Assembly (NCBI GenBank): GCA_963748815.1 | Contig: CAVVKJ010000010.1 | Location: forward strand, 96,001 to 160,000 | Length of the DNA: 64,000 nt | DNA from: an uncultured Gemmatimonadales bacterium | GTDB taxonomy: Bacteria > Gemmatimonadota > Gemmatimonadetes > Gemmatimonadales > GWC2-71-9 | Direction: 5' to 3' | Position numbers and translations under genes: made by a program | Notes under the pieces: model-generated | Databases searched by the model: none | What the model was told of the DNA's origin: nothing | What the model saw: only the letters and a program-made list of their open reading frames with translations | Shown: piece after piece, positions 19,261-30,618 of the stretch | Position numbering within the stretch: the first letter of the stretch is position 1 | Layout of the letters: every line of letters begins with the position of its first letter

Positions 19261-21561
19261 CTAGAACTCCACGTTCACCCCGATCGTGGGGAGCACCCCC
19301 AGCGCCTCGTTGAATTCCTCCTGCTGGGTGCGCTCGTTCCAGTAGGTCCCGGTGACGTTGGCCCGGCCGAGGAGGTTCTGGATGTCCAGGTAGATATCGA
19401 GCTGCACCGACTGGAACGACCAGCGTCGGTCGATTCGGATGTCGACGGCCGAAAAGGTCGGCAGCCGCTCCTGGTTGTAGTAGGTGAAATCCCGTTCCCC
19501 CTCCAGCGCCCCGCTCGTCGCGAAGGGTGTATACGGGAGCCCGGAGGAAATGCGGTACTTGCCGCTGACTTCCCACCTGGGATTGAACCGCCATCCCGCC
19601 AGGAAATTGCCGATGAAGCGGGTCTCGAACCCGCCGGTGTAGTAGACGCTGTCCACCCCGGCGAACTCCGAGCGGTTGGCCGTCAGCGACACCAGCCCGT
19701 AGAGCGGGACCGTGCTGAACTTCTTCTGCAGCTGGACCTCCACGCCGTAGCTCCGCCCGGTACCGATGCTGCTCAGCGGCTCAAGCCCGGAGGGAATGTC
19801 CGATGTCACGTCGTCGAAACCGGCCGGCTGCAACACCGCCTCCGGCCGATAGAGCCGCGCCGCGTAGTCGGCGTACCGCTTGTAGTAGACCTCCACCTGG
19901 CCCTTGAGGTCCGGCCGGAAGAGCCGCTCGTAGCCCAGGATGGCCGTGCTGGCGCGGATGGGGTCCAGCCGGTCCACGTTCCCCGGGTCGCCGACCAGCC
20001 AGATGAACTGCGGGGCCTGGTAGTACTGGCCCAGGCTCAGGTTCAGGGAGCCGGAGGCGCCGAGGGGGATATTGGCGCCGATCCGCGGTGCCACGCGGAA
20101 TGCGTCGAGGAACTCATACCAGTCGCCGCGGAGCCCGGCCGTCAGCCGGACGTTGCCGACGAAGAGCGAGGCCTGCGCGTACGTCGCATTCCTGAGCGCT
20201 GAAAAGGTGGTGTCGACGGCCAGCGGCCTTGGCTGGTTGAGGCTGTCGGTCCGGTACTCACCGGCGAGGAGCACGTCGTAATCCAGTTGATCCGCGACGC
20301 GCAGTGTGTTGCCGAAGGTGACCTGCAGGCGGGGCGTGAACTGCCAGGCCAGCTCGGTCTTGAGGCTGTTGTCGCCCTCTTCCGACCGATTGAGGTAGAC
20401 CGGCGCCAGGAGGGTGTCGTACTGGCTGGTGGAGAACCGGGTCCAGGTGCGCCCCAGCGTGGCCGTGAGGAGCCCCTTCGGCAGGGAGTAGTTCCAGGTC
20501 AGGCCGGTGAAGTAGCTCTTCTGGTCGGGGGCGGCGATTCGGCTGTTGTCCAGGCGGTCGTCGGCGGTGGCGTCGTCGAGGATGATGTTGTCGAGCGCGC
20601 CCACCGCGATCAGCGAGAGCGAGCTCCGGGTGCCGAGGCGCTGGGTCAGCTTGACCTGCGCATCCCAGTATTCCGGGATGAACGCAAAGTCCGCCGCGCG
20701 GAACACCAGGTCCAGGTAGCTCCGCCGCACGCTGGCCAGGAAGGTGCCGTTCTTCCCCATCGGCCCCTCGGCGATGACGCCGAAACCCGTCGCGGAGAGA
20801 TTGACCTCCCCGGCGAGGCGTTCGCTGTTGCCTTCGCGCAGCGAGAAGCTGGCGAGCGACGCCGTGCGGTCGCCGTACTGGACGCCGAAGCCCCCCGCGG
20901 AGAAGCTCGCCTCCCGGATGAAGTCGATGTTGAGAATGGTGAGCGGCCCGCCCGTGGAACCCTGGTTCCCGAAGTGATTGATGTTGGGGACCTCGAGCCC
21001 GTCCACGAGGAAGAGGTTTTCGTACGGGGCTCCTCCCCGCACGGCCAGGTCGTTGCGTCCACCGGTGGTCACCGCCACGCCGGGGAAGAGCGCCACCGCC
21101 CGCACCACATCCTCCTGGACGCCCGGTGCCCGGCGCACATCTTCGGCGCTCAGGTTCCCGCTGCTGGTGGCCGATTCGATTTCGGGCTGAAATTCCGGGG
21201 CGTCCACCACAATCTCGGCAATCTCGACAATCCGTGGCGTGAGACGAAGCTCCAGTTCCAGCGGCTTGCCGCTGCCCACGAGGATGTCCGTCAGGACGAC
21301 CGGCTCGAACCCGATCGCGGTGGCCCGCACCCGCCAGGCCCCGACAGGGACGCTGTCGAGGAGGTACCGCCCGAGGGCCCCGGAGCTGGCCGTCCGGCCG
21401 GTGCCCAGCACTTCCACGCGGACGCCCTCGACCCCGGCCCCGTTTTCGGTGCTGACGACCCGCCCGACGATCGAGCCGGTCGGCGGCCGGGGGGATTGCT
21501 GAGCCGCAAGCGGGCCTCCCCCCATGGCACCGACCAGGAGGGCGAGGAAGACTCGTGTCAT
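19261..21561 (-). CDS. TonB-dependent receptor with N-terminal carboxypeptidase-regulatory-like domain
   Basis: GSIVGRV, plug VRGG.P.EN...DG..PNINHF, GGFGVQYG, DIQNL, terminal VEF. Confidence 0.9.
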   Translation of the reverse strand: MTRVFLALLVGAMGGGPLAAQQSPRPPTGSIVGRVVSTENGAGVEGVRVEVLGTGRTASSGALGRYLLDSVPVGAWRVRATAIGFEPVVLTDILVGSGKPLELELRLTPRIVEIAEIVVDAPEFQPEIESATSSGNLSAEDVRRAPGVQEDVVRAVALFPGVAVTTGGRNDLAVRGGAPYENLFLVDGLEVPNINHFGNQGSTGGPLTILNIDFIREASFSAGGFGVQYGDRTASLASFSLREGNSERLAGEVNLSATGFGVIAEGPMGKNGTFLASVRRSYLDLVFRAADFAFIPEYWDAQVKLTQRLGTRSSLSLIAVGALDNIILDDATADDRLDNSRIAAPDQKSYFTGLTWNYSLPKGLLTATLGRTWTRFSTSQYDTLLAPVYLNRSEEGDNSLKTELAWQFTPRLQVTFGNTLRVADQLDYDVLLAGEYRTDSLNQPRPLAVDTTFSALRNATYAQASLFVGNVRLTAGLRGDWYEFLDAFRVAPRIGANIPLGASGSLNLSLGQYYQAPQFIWLVGDPGNVDRLDPIRASTAILGYERLFRPDLKGQVEVYYKRYADYAARLYRPEAVLQPAGFDDVTSDIPSGLEPLSSIGTGRSYGVEVQLQKKFSTVPLYGLVSLTANRSEFAGVDSVYYTGGFETRFIGNFLAGWRFNPRWEVSGKYRISSGLPYTPFATSGALEGERDFTYYNQERLPTFSAVDIRIDRRWSFQSVQLDIYLDIQNLLGRANVTGTYWNERTQQEEFNEALGVLPTIGVNVEF

Positions 21562-21613
21562 GCGTGGGGTACCCCGGCCTGGCCGCCCCGCATTCCCGGC
21601 GGGTTGGCGCCGG

Positions 21614-23188
21614 CTACCGCTCACGGAGCAGGTCCGCGCGATGCTTGGCCGCCGCCAGGCCCGACAGCAGCAGCGTCGCCACCAGGTAGCCGAGCCGCGT
21701 CGAGCCGGTGGCCACGCCGTTCCAGCCCGCGAAGTCGAGTCCCGGTGTCTGCGCGCCGTTGAGCACCAGGTAGAGGAAGAGGAGAAACACCCCCATGAAC
21801 GCCTTCGGCGTGCGGGAGAGGAACCCGAGGGCGGTGGCGAGGGCGGCCATGAACCCGGCCGCAATGAGCAGTGAAAGGGCGGCGCCCGGGGCGCTGAATA
21901 CGATCCGGAGCGCCGGCGGGACGCAGAAGAGCAGCGCCAGCAGCGTGGCCGCCCCCAGCTTGATCCAGGCGTAGGCCGGCTGCACCCTCGGCATGCTGAA
22001 GAGCATCCCGAGCGTACCCGCCGCGCGGTCGCGCGTCGCGAGATCCGCGAGCGCAACGGCAAGAATGACGGCGACCACCAGGGGGAGCGTGTGGTGCACC
22101 GTGGCGTCGGTGCCGACGATGGTCGTCGCGACGACGCCGAGCCAGGCCAGCACCACCAGCGGCGACTGGCAGAGTGACATCACCGCTTCGGAGAGCACCG
22201 GCCGGAACGCGGCCGGGGCGGCGGGCACCAGTGTGGCTCCCGCCGACGAGATGGGGCGCGTCAGCGGCTTCGAGTGACTGCGAGATACGAGGAATCCAGC
22301 GACCGCCCGAGCCCTGGTCGCGACCCCGGACCTTGGCCGGGTCAAACCGGTGGAAGGAGAGACCGGGCCACCAGCAGTACAGGGATGGCGAGCAACGCCG
22401 TCACCAGTCGCGGGATCAGCAATCCTGGCGAGAGCGAGAGGGGCGGAAGCAGCCAGGGGGCCACACCCGGATCGAACGGGGTCATGCCGATGGAGAGGTT
22501 CTGGGCGCCGGTGGCCTCCGTGACTTGCCGCAGCACGAAGCCGATCCCCAGGATGTCGAGGAACTGGCCGCTGCCGACCTGCGTGCCCATCGCGCCGAGG
22601 GCCAGCAGGACGGTCCAGAGGAAGAAATACCCTACGTCACCGAGACGGCCCGCGAGCAGCGGCACGCATTCGAAGCAGAGCGCCAGTGCCGCGACGACGA
22701 GCACCGCCGGGCCGAGGATGAGGAGGTAGGTGAGGACGTAGGTGAACGGCTCCAGCGCCCCCTCGCCGCGGAGCAGGTGCATCGCCATCACGTTCAGCAG
22801 GTAGAAGAGTCCCACCATGCCGAGGTAGGCGGCGCCCCCGAGCCACTTGCCGATCGAGGAAGCTGCCGGAGCCGACGGGGGTCGCCGCGATGATCCCGCC
22901 GGTCCGCGCCAGGAGGTCGCGCCGAAGGGCGTTGCTGGTCAGGTAGAAGCCCACGAACGTCAGCAGGAAGCCGGCGAGCGCCGCGGTCGTGGTCGCGATG
23001 ACCTGCGAGGTGTAGAGGGCGCGCGCGCCGTCGACGACCATCAGCGCCCGGCCGGTCGCGGGGTCCGGGATCAGCATGTACGCCATCCCGGAGAGCGCGA
23101 CCACCAGCCACAGCGTCGCCGGACGGCGGAGCCGAAGCTTCAGGTCGGTGAGGACGATCGAGCCGATCTGGCTCTGTGCCGACGGCAC
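21614..23188 (-). CDS. ABC-2-type permease-like multi-pass membrane protein (frameshifts ~22850, ~22345)
   Basis: Hydrophobic segments in three consecutive frames; RD...IAATP and RDRAAG motifs; follows an ABC ATPase. Confidence 0.65.
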
Positions 23189-23192
23189 GCCC

Positions 23193-24050
23193 CTACGCCC
23201 CCGCCTGCATCAGGTGGACGAAGGCGTCCTCGAGGTCCGGCTCCACGACCGCGGCGGTCGCGAAGGGCTGCGCGGAGGCCACCACCCTCACGTGCACGCC
23301 GTCGACTTGCCGGACGGCGCGGGTCACCTTGAGCCGCCCCTTGGCCTGTTCGTACTCGGCAGGCGGGACGACCGCCTCCCAGACGCGCCCGCGCGCCGAT
23401 TGCAGCAGCGCCTCGGGCGCGGCGCACGTCACCAGGCGGCCCTCCCGCATGACCGCAATGGTGTCGGCCAGCGACTCGACGTCGGAGACGATGTGCGTGG
23501 AGAGGAGGACGAGCTTGCCCTGGCCCAGGTCGGTGAGCAGGTGGCGGAACCGCACCCGTTCCTCGGGGTCGAGGCCGGCGGTCGGTTCGTCCACGATCAG
23601 GAGGGCGGGGTCGTTGAGCAGCGCCTGGGCGATGCCGAGCCGCTGCCGCATGCCGCCGGAAAAGGTGGCGGCGGGGCGCTGGGCCACCGTGTGCAGGTTG
23701 ACCGTTTCCAGCAACTCGTCGATGCGGCTCCGGGATGTCACCCCCTTGAGTCCGGCGAAATAGCTCAGGAACTCGAAGGCGGTGAGGTTGTCGTAGACGC
23801 CGAAGTCCTGCGGCAGGTAGCCGAGCTGGCGGCGGAGCGCTTCCGGGTCCCTGCGGACGTCCACTCCCTGGAACGTGATCTGCCCCTCGGTCGGCCGGGT
23901 GATGGTGGCGACCATCTGCATCAGGGTTGTCTTGCCGGCGCCGTTCGGGCCCAGCAGGCCGACCACGCCGGCCTTGAGCTCGAGGGAGACGTCGTTGACG
24001 GCGGTGACGCCGCCGGGGAAGCGCTTGGTGACGTGGGTGAGGGTGAGCAT
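23193..24050 (-). CDS. ABC transporter ATP-binding protein
   Basis: GPNGAGKTT, YLPQ, FSGGMRQR, IVDEPTAGLD, STH. Confidence 0.95.
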   Translation of the reverse strand: MLTLTHVTKRFPGGVTAVNDVSLELKAGVVGLLGPNGAGKTTLMQMVATITRPTEGQITFQGVDVRRDPEALRRQLGYLPQDFGVYDNLTAFEFLSYFAGLKGVTSRSRIDELLETVNLHTVAQRPAATFSGGMRQRLGIAQALLNDPALLIVDEPTAGLDPEERVRFRHLLTDLGQGKLVLLSTHIVSDVESLADTIAVMREGRLVTCAAPEALLQSARGRVWEAVVPPAEYEQAKGRLKVTRAVRQVDGVHVRVVASAQPFATAAVVEPDLEDAFVHLMQAGA

Positions 24051-24210
24051 GACGGCAAAGTTAACGAGAGCCGGCGCCGTCGGCGCCCCCGATTGCTGAA
24101 GCCTCCCGCCTGTCGTAGGTTACGATTGATCCCTCACGCGTCCTGCCGCCATCCAGCCCAGGGGAGCCCATGACCACGTCGTGTTGCCCCTCGAGAGCGG
24201 GGTAGGGACG

Positions 24211-24987
24211 ATGTCCGGTTCCATCAAGCCATCCTACCGCGAAGTTGTCCGCTCGGACGATCCGGTCATTCGCCGCGTTCACCAATTGATACGGCAGACC
24301 TTTCCGGCGGACGAGTTGGTGGAGGCCAACGAGTGGCGGGACTCGCTCCATGAGCGGGAGGCCGGACTCTGGTCGGACAGCCGTTGGCACCTGGTCGTCG
24401 CGGAGCACAAGGGCGAGGTCATCGGCGTGGCGAGCGGGACCTACCTCGGGAACCTCAACGTCGGGGTGGTCGGCTACCTGGCGGTGTCGCCCAAGGCGCG
24501 CGGCTTTGGCGTCGGCCCGAAGCTCCGGGCCCGGCTCCGCACCCTGTTCCGGAAGGACGCCCGCGCCATCCGGGGCGAGATCCTCGAGGCCGTCGTGGGG
24601 GAGGTCCGCCGGGACAATCCGTGGCTGCGCGCGCTGATCCGGAGCGAGCGGGTCCTCGCACTCGACTTCACGTACTTCCAGCCCCGGCTCCGGCCCGGCG
24701 ACCGACCGGTCCCGCTGGTGCTGTATTACGAAGGGGTCGGCGCGCCGCGGCAGCGGCTGCCGGCCTCGCCCATCCGCACGATTCTCTACAGCGTCTGGCG
24801 GCGCATCTACCGGGTCCGGCGCCCGCTCTTCCACGCCGCCTTCCGCCGGATGCTCCGCGACCTGGAAGGCCGCACGTCCGTCGGCGAGGTCAAGCTCCGC
24901 GACCTCCCGCCACCCAGTCGAAGACACCGCGAACCAGGGACGCCCGAAGTCGGCCACCTGCTGCCCGTCGGAGGCATTCATGCGTGA
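24211..24987 (+). CDS. GNAT-family acetyltransferase (start uncertain)
   Basis: YLAVSPKARGFGVG acetyl-CoA motif; YFQP. Confidence 0.7.
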   Translation: MSGSIKPSYREVVRSDDPVIRRVHQLIRQTFPADELVEANEWRDSLHEREAGLWSDSRWHLVVAEHKGEVIGVASGTYLGNLNVGVVGYLAVSPKARGFGVGPKLRARLRTLFRKDARAIRGEILEAVVGEVRRDNPWLRALIRSERVLALDFTYFQPRLRPGDRPVPLVLYYEGVGAPRQRLPASPIRTILYSVWRRIYRVRRPLFHAAFRRMLRDLEGRTSVGEVKLRDLPPPSRRHREPGTPEVGHLLPVGGIHA

Positions 24988-25651
24988 CCAGATTCGGCCT
25001 GATTCTCGATTCGCTCCAGAACTCCTGGTACCAGGTGGCGGCGTTCACGCCTCGGCTGGTCGTGGCGCTGCTGCTGCTGAGCGTCGGGTGGCTCCTGGCG
25101 CGAGGCATCGAGTGGTTCGCGGTGCGGGTGCTCCGTCTGATCCGCGTCGAGGAGGCGGCGGAGCACGCCGGGCTCGACGACTTCCTGCTCCGGGGCGGCG
25201 TCCGGTTCACGCTGGTGACGCTGGTGGGCCGCACGCTCTACTGGGGCGTCCTGCTGATGTTTGCGCTCGCGATGTTCAACGTCCTCGGCCTGACGATGGG
25301 GGCGGACCTGATGGCGGAGGTGGTGGACTACGTGCCCAACGTGGTGGCCGGCCTCATCGTCCTGGCCTTCGGCTCGCTCGGCGCGAAGTTCGTGCGGGGC
25401 ATCGTCGAGGCGTACCTGAACAACATCGGCGTGAAGGAGGCCTCGAACCTCGGCCTCCTGGTGCACGGCGCGCTGCTGGCGTTCGTCGCGATCCTGGCGC
25501 TGGAACAGCTGCAGATCGATGCGGCGATCCTGCCGCGTCGGCGTTCCTGCTCGCCTTCGGCGGCCTCTGCCTCGGGCTGGCGCTCGCCTTCGGGCTCGGC
25601 GGACGCGCCTGGGCCGAGTCCATCCTCGACCGGAGCCGGAACAAGCGATGA
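24980..25651 (+). CDS. TM-helix-repeat (CmpX/MscS N-terminal-like) membrane protein, frameshifted
   Basis: F.PRLV.A..LL.VGW.LA and Y.PNVV..LI.L..G repeats; ALAFGLGGR C-terminus in another frame. Confidence 0.75.
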   Translation: MRDQIRPDSRFAPELLVPGGGVHASAGRGAAAAERRVAPGARHRVVRGAGAPSDPRRGGGGARRARRLPAPGRRPVHAGDAGGPHALLGRPADVCARDVQRPRPDDGGGPDGGGGGLRAQRGGRPHRPGLRLARREVRAGHRRGVPEQHRREGGLEPRPPGARRAAGVRRDPGAGTAADRCGDPAASAFLLAFGGLCLGLALAFGLGGRAWAESILDRSRNKR

Positions 25652-26487
25652 TCATCGATTGCCACGTCCACCTCAACAACTATTACGAAGAACAGCGTCG
25701 AGACCCTTCCGGCCTGCCTGGAGAAGCTCGAGCTGGAGATGCGCCGGAACCGGATCGACCAGGCGCTGGTCCTGACCTCGTACACGGTGACGCCGGGGCG
25801 CCCCTCGACGCGGACGCGTGGTCGAGGCGGTGCGCGACAAGCCGTACCTCACGGTCATCGCCGGACTCGACTACACGAAGTTCCAGCCGGACGAACTGGC
25901 GCGAGATCGCCGAGATTCGTCGCAGGCCGGCAAGGTGCGGGGCCTGAAGCTCTATCCGGGCTACCAGCCGTTTTATCCACTCGACCCGAAGTGGACGCCG
26001 GCCTACGAGTTCGCCGCCCTCCACAAGATCCCGGTCATGATCCACACCGGCGACACCTACTCGCCGAAGGGGAAGCTCAAGTACTCGCACCCGCTGCAAC
26101 GTGGACGAGGTGGCGGTGGAGTTCCCCGACGTCAATTTCCTGATTTGCCACCTCGGCAATCCCTGGATCCGGGACTGCATGGAGGTGGTGTACAAGAACG
26201 CCAACGTATACACCGACATGTCAGGGCTGACGCTGGGGGAGTTCGAGGACCGGTTCGAAGTGTTCCTGCGGAAGCAGGTCTCCGAGATGCTCAGCTACGG
26301 CGTGGAGCCGGATGCGTTGCTCTATGGCACAGACTGGCCGATCTCCTCGATGGCTTCATACCTGGACTTCATGAAGGAGCTGGCCATTCCGCAGAAGGAG
26401 CGGAGCCTCGTCATGGCGCAGAACGCGATTGAGCTCTACGGGCTGGATCCAGCGAACAGCCTGTTGAAGATGGGCGGGCGGCGGTAG
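25648..26487 (+). CDS. Amidohydrolase_2 family metallohydrolase, several frameshifts
   Basis: MIIDCHVH, GLKLYPGYQ, VMIHTG, CHLGNPW, NVYTDMSG, LYGTDWP. Confidence 0.85.
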
Positions 26488-26578
26488 CAGTGGCGTGACG
26501 GGCCGGGAAGGGGGCAGGTGGCGTCATTCGATGGATGCTGTGTGGAGCTACGCCACATCCACTCACCCCGAGAGCTGG

Positions 26579-27928
26579 CTATTTCACGGCCCGCCGCAGC
26601 CCCAGCTCGAGGATCTGCTGTTCCAGGCCGCTGATGTCGCGGTAGAGTGTATCGGGCGCGGCGCCTCCTGGCACCCTGAGGATCACGTACCCCTGCCGGT
26701 TGGTGCGCGCGAGCATCAGCGTGAATCCATCGTGCGGATAGCGGTGAGGGGGGCCTCCGGCGAGGACGATCAGCTCCGTGGCCGTCGCGATCACCGCATC
26801 CTGGACGCCCTTCCCGGCTGGCGCGAAGATGTACAGCGCGGTGTCTCGCTCCGTCAGGGCGCCGAGCGCGCGGGCCGAGTCAAGAATCGCGGGAGGAATG
26901 GCTGGCGCGCTCGCATCCAGCCCGGGGGGATCACCGGTTCGGAATCCCATCCAGACCTGGAATGCCAGGTACCCGAAGAGGATCATGCCCAACACCAATC
27001 CCCCAACCACCATGGCCGTCCTCCCGAACCACCGCCGGCGGGTCCGACGCCGCACCAGCTTCGGCGACAGCAGCTTGTCCGCCGCGCTCGCCGCCCGAAG
27101 CGCCTCCGCCATCTCCTTCGCCGATGTCCAGCGGTCATCCGGGTCCTTTTCCAGTGCCCGGGTGATGATTGCGGCGAGCGCCTTCGGGAGCTCGGGGGCC
27201 ACCGCAGCGAGGGGCTCCGGCGCCTGGCTGACCTGGTTGGCCATCACGTTGACAGCCGAGTGGCCGGTGATCGGCCTCCGCCCCGTCGCCGCCTCGTACA
27301 ACACCACCCCCAGCGCATAGACGTCCGCCCGGCCGTCGAGGCGGTCTCCCGCTACCTGCTCCGGGCTCATGTAGTGCGGGGTGCCGCTGCTGGTACCGTC
27401 CGGGGCAGTCTCGGTGGCCGCCACCACGCGGGAAATGCCGAAATCGGCCACGAACGCGTGACCGTCCCCATCCAGCAGCAGGTTGTCCGGCTTGATATCG
27501 AGGTGGAGGACGCCGCGCGTGTGTGCCGCCGAAAGCGCATCGGCCACCTCCACGCCCAGCCGGGCGACGCCGGCCGGCGTCAGCGGCCCCTCCGAGCTCA
27601 GCCGAGCCCCCAGGGTGCCGTCCGGGAAGTACCGCATGACGAGGTACACCACCCCGTCGCGCTGGCCGGCTTCGTACAGGGGGACAATGTGGGGATGTTC
27701 CGCCGTTGCGACGAGTCGGGCTTCATCGAGGAGGCGATCCGCGGCGGAATCGTCGAGGACCAGCGTGGGATCCAGCGCCTTGATCGCCACATCACGATGG
27801 AGGAGGGGATCCCGCGCCCGGAAGACGGCCGCGAAGCCGCCTACCCCCAGGAGCGAACCGACCTCCAGACGATTGCCCAGCGCACCCTGCAGCCGAGTGG
27901 CGACAGCTCCGGCATCTGCGAACTGCAT
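26579..27928 (-). CDS. Membrane Ser/Thr protein kinase
   Basis: LGVGGFAAV, VAIK, HLDIKPDN, DFG, GTPHYMSPEQ, DVYALG; TM helix and short extracytoplasmic domain. Confidence 0.92.
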   Translation of the reverse strand: MQFADAGAVATRLQGALGNRLEVGSLLGVGGFAAVFRARDPLLHRDVAIKALDPTLVLDDSAADRLLDEARLVATAEHPHIVPLYEAGQRDGVVYLVMRYFPDGTLGARLSSEGPLTPAGVARLGVEVADALSAAHTRGVLHLDIKPDNLLLDGDGHAFVADFGISRVVAATETAPDGTSSGTPHYMSPEQVAGDRLDGRADVYALGVVLYEAATGRRPITGHSAVNVMANQVSQAPEPLAAVAPELPKALAAIITRALEKDPDDRWTSAKEMAEALRAASAADKLLSPKLVRRRTRRRWFGRTAMVVGGLVLGMILFGYLAFQVWMGFRTGDPPGLDASAPAIPPAILDSARALGALTERDTALYIFAPAGKGVQDAVIATATELIVLAGGPPHRYPHDGFTLMLARTNRQGYVILRVPGGAAPDTLYRDISGLEQQILELGLRRAVK

Positions 27929-28406
27929 GAAGTCTCCTCCACGTCCGGCGATGTTGTCCCGGAACATACAATTCCTTCCCATCCAGGGCGACGATCGCCG
28001 GGGGAGGCTGTCGCTTGCCCTCGACCGGATCCTCTGGCAGCCACGCGCATCTTCACGATGGGAGACACGCAACTCGAGTGTTTCTGGGGCTCCTCCGGAG
28101 CCGTTCAGCCGGCACGGGGCGCACAGTGCGACGGGCCAAGGGGCCGTCCCGGCCAGGTCGAACCCGTTCGGCAGCAGCGACTTAGGGCCTGCGTGCGAGA
28201 GCCAGCCGAAACCACCGTCGGTGCCGCAGGGTGCAAGTATTCCGGCCTCGGTCGTCCCCCTGCGTGATCTCGCCAGCCGGGCTCCGGGCTCGGCGCCGAA
28301 GCACGCAGTCCCACTTGCGACCGCGGGCGCATCCTCCATATTCTTCCTCGTTGCTGTCAGAGAGCTTTCCGATCACCGTCTTCACTCAACCCCCGAGGAC
28401 CTCCCG

Positions 28407-28983
28407 ATGATCAAGATCCGACTCGTTGCCGCCAGTCTCGCCCTCGTGCTCGGGGCGATGATTGTTGGCGCCAATGACGCGGCCGCCCAGAAGGTCGCCA
28501 CGAATTACGACACGAAGGTCGACTTCACGCAGTACAAGACCTACAAGTGGGTCACCATCCAGGGTGCCACCTATCCGAACCAGCTGCAGGACATGCAGAT
28601 CAAGCAGGCGGTCGACTCGGTGCTCAAGGGCTTCGGGATGGTCATGAAGGACAGCGGCGACGTGAACGCGTACGTCGCATACCAGATCAGCGTCGACTCA
28701 GTCCACCCAGTACAACACCTTCGGCACCGGCGGCGTGGGCATGGGTGGTGGTTGGGGTTGGGGCGGGATGGGCGGCGGCATGTCTACGACGACTCCCCAG
28801 ACCATCAACACCGGCACCCTCGTGGTCGACATTTACGATCCGGCCATGAAGCAGCTGGTGTGGCAGAGCACCGCCACCAAGCAGATGAACCCGAGCTCGG
28901 ACGCCGCCAAGAACCAGGCGAACCTGCAGAAGGCTGTCAACAAGATGTTCAAGGATTACCCGCCGGGCGCCGCGAAGAAGTAG
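28407..28983 (+). CDS. DUF4136 family secreted protein (frameshift ~28705)
   Basis: DF.QYKTY.W, Gly-rich GWGWGG, GTLVVDIYD....LVW, AVNKMF.DYPP. Confidence 0.8.
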
Positions 28984-29013
28984 TCGCTGGCGGTCTGAAT
29001 TCGGCAGTGTGTT

Positions 29014-29055
29014 TGAAGACGGGATCGGGCTGGTGCCCGGTCCCGTCTTCACTTT
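29014..29055 (+). terminator. Rho-independent terminator
   Basis: 17-bp stem TGAAGACGGGATCGGGC-TGGT-GCCCGGTCCCGTCTTCA followed by CTTT. Confidence 0.7.
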
Positions 29056-29069
29056 GATGAGGAGGCCCG

Positions 29070-30614
29070 ATGCCGTTCCGATTCCGTCCCGTCCCGATCG
29101 CCGCCCTGCTCCTCCTGACAGCAGGGTTCTCCGCCGGCCAGGAGCCGGTCGACCCGGTGATGATCGCCAAGATCCGGGTCGAGGGGCTCCAGCATTCCCA
29201 GGTCATGAACTACGAGAGCTACATGACCGATGTGCTCGGCGCCCGGTTGACCCTCTCCCGCGACATGCAACGGGCCCAGCAGTGGGCCCTCGAGACGATG
29301 CGAAGCCTCGGGCTCGCCAACGTGGCGCCCGAGCCGTTCATGGACTTCGGCGTGACCTGGGACAACGAGTTCGTGTCGCTCCACATGCTCGCGCCCGACT
29401 ACCAGCCGATGGTCGGCTATCCCCTGGCGCACACCCGGGGCACCGACGGACCCCAGGTGGCGAACGCGGTCATCGTCGAGCTGCAACTCCGGAGCGACCT
29501 GGCGGCGTACCGCGGCAGGCTGGCAGGGAAGGCGGTCCTGGTGACGCCGCCGCCGCCGATCGACCTGGCCCCGCTCACCAATGGCGTGCCGCGCCGGAGC
29601 CAGGCGAACCTGGACTCCCTCCAGCGCACCGTCATCGCGCCGACCCGCCCGGCGCCGAACCGGCCTCCTCCCAATCCCGAGCTCCTCAGCGCCGACGAGA
29701 AGATGGCGTTCTTCGCCTCGGAGGGGGTGACCGCGGTCCTGCAATCCGAGAGCGGGTGGCTGGGCGCGGTGCGTGGCTTCTCGCGCCCGGGGGCGCGGAA
29801 CGACCGCTGGTCCCGGGCCGGGATGCTCGCGGGGCCGGTCATCGTGGCGATCACCCCGGAGCACTACAACCGGATGTACCGCATCCTCCAGCGGGGAATG
29901 GCCGTCACCGTCCAGGTCGACGTCCGCAACCGGATCGGCGAGGTGGTCGAACAGGCGGTCAACATTACCGGCGAGATCCCGGGCACCGACCTGAAGGACG
30001 AGATCGTGATGATCGGGGCGCACTTCGACACCTGGCATGCCAGCCCGAACGCGAGCGACAACACCTCCGGGTCGGCGGTGGTGCTCGAGGCGGCGCGCAT
30101 CCTCAAGGCAGTGGGCGCCCGGCCGCGGCGCACCATCCGGTTTGCGCTCTGGAGCGGGGAGGAACAGGGGCTCTGGGGCTCGCGCGCCTACGTGCGTGAG
30201 CATTTCGGAGATCCGCGGGACTCGACCTCGAGCATCAAGCCGGCGTACGAGAAGCTGTCGGTGTATTTCAACCAGGACTACGGGGCGGGGCAGTACCTCG
30301 GCATCTACCTGCAGGGCAACGAAGCGGCGCGCGCGATGCTCACTGCCTGGATGGAGCCGTTCCGGGACTTCGGCATGGTGGTCGTGTCGAACCAGAGCGT
30401 GGGGAGCACCGACCATGTGTCGTTCGACGAGGTGGGGCTCCCGGGGTTCCAGTTCCTGCAGGACAACATCCCGGGGACGGGCGGTCACACCAACCTGGAC
30501 TTCTACGACACCATCCAGGCCCAGGACCTGATGAAGAACGCGGTGGTCATGGCGGCCTACGCCTACAACGCCGCGATGGCGCCGACCAGGGTGCCGAGGA
30601 AGGCGGTCAGGTAG
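29070..30614 (+). CDS. Secreted M28 family metallopeptidase
   Basis: IGAHFDTW, ASDNTSG, RTIRFALWSGEEQGL, TDH..F, HTNLD. Confidence 0.9.
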   Translation: MPFRFRPVPIAALLLLTAGFSAGQEPVDPVMIAKIRVEGLQHSQVMNYESYMTDVLGARLTLSRDMQRAQQWALETMRSLGLANVAPEPFMDFGVTWDNEFVSLHMLAPDYQPMVGYPLAHTRGTDGPQVANAVIVELQLRSDLAAYRGRLAGKAVLVTPPPPIDLAPLTNGVPRRSQANLDSLQRTVIAPTRPAPNRPPPNPELLSADEKMAFFASEGVTAVLQSESGWLGAVRGFSRPGARNDRWSRAGMLAGPVIVAITPEHYNRMYRILQRGMAVTVQVDVRNRIGEVVEQAVNITGEIPGTDLKDEIVMIGAHFDTWHASPNASDNTSGSAVVLEAARILKAVGARPRRTIRFALWSGEEQGLWGSRAYVREHFGDPRDSTSSIKPAYEKLSVYFNQDYGAGQYLGIYLQGNEAARAMLTAWMEPFRDFGMVVVSNQSVGSTDHVSFDEVGLPGFQFLQDNIPGTGGHTNLDFYDTIQAQDLMKNAVVMAAYAYNAAMAPTRVPRKAVR

Positions 30615-30618
30615 GGCG

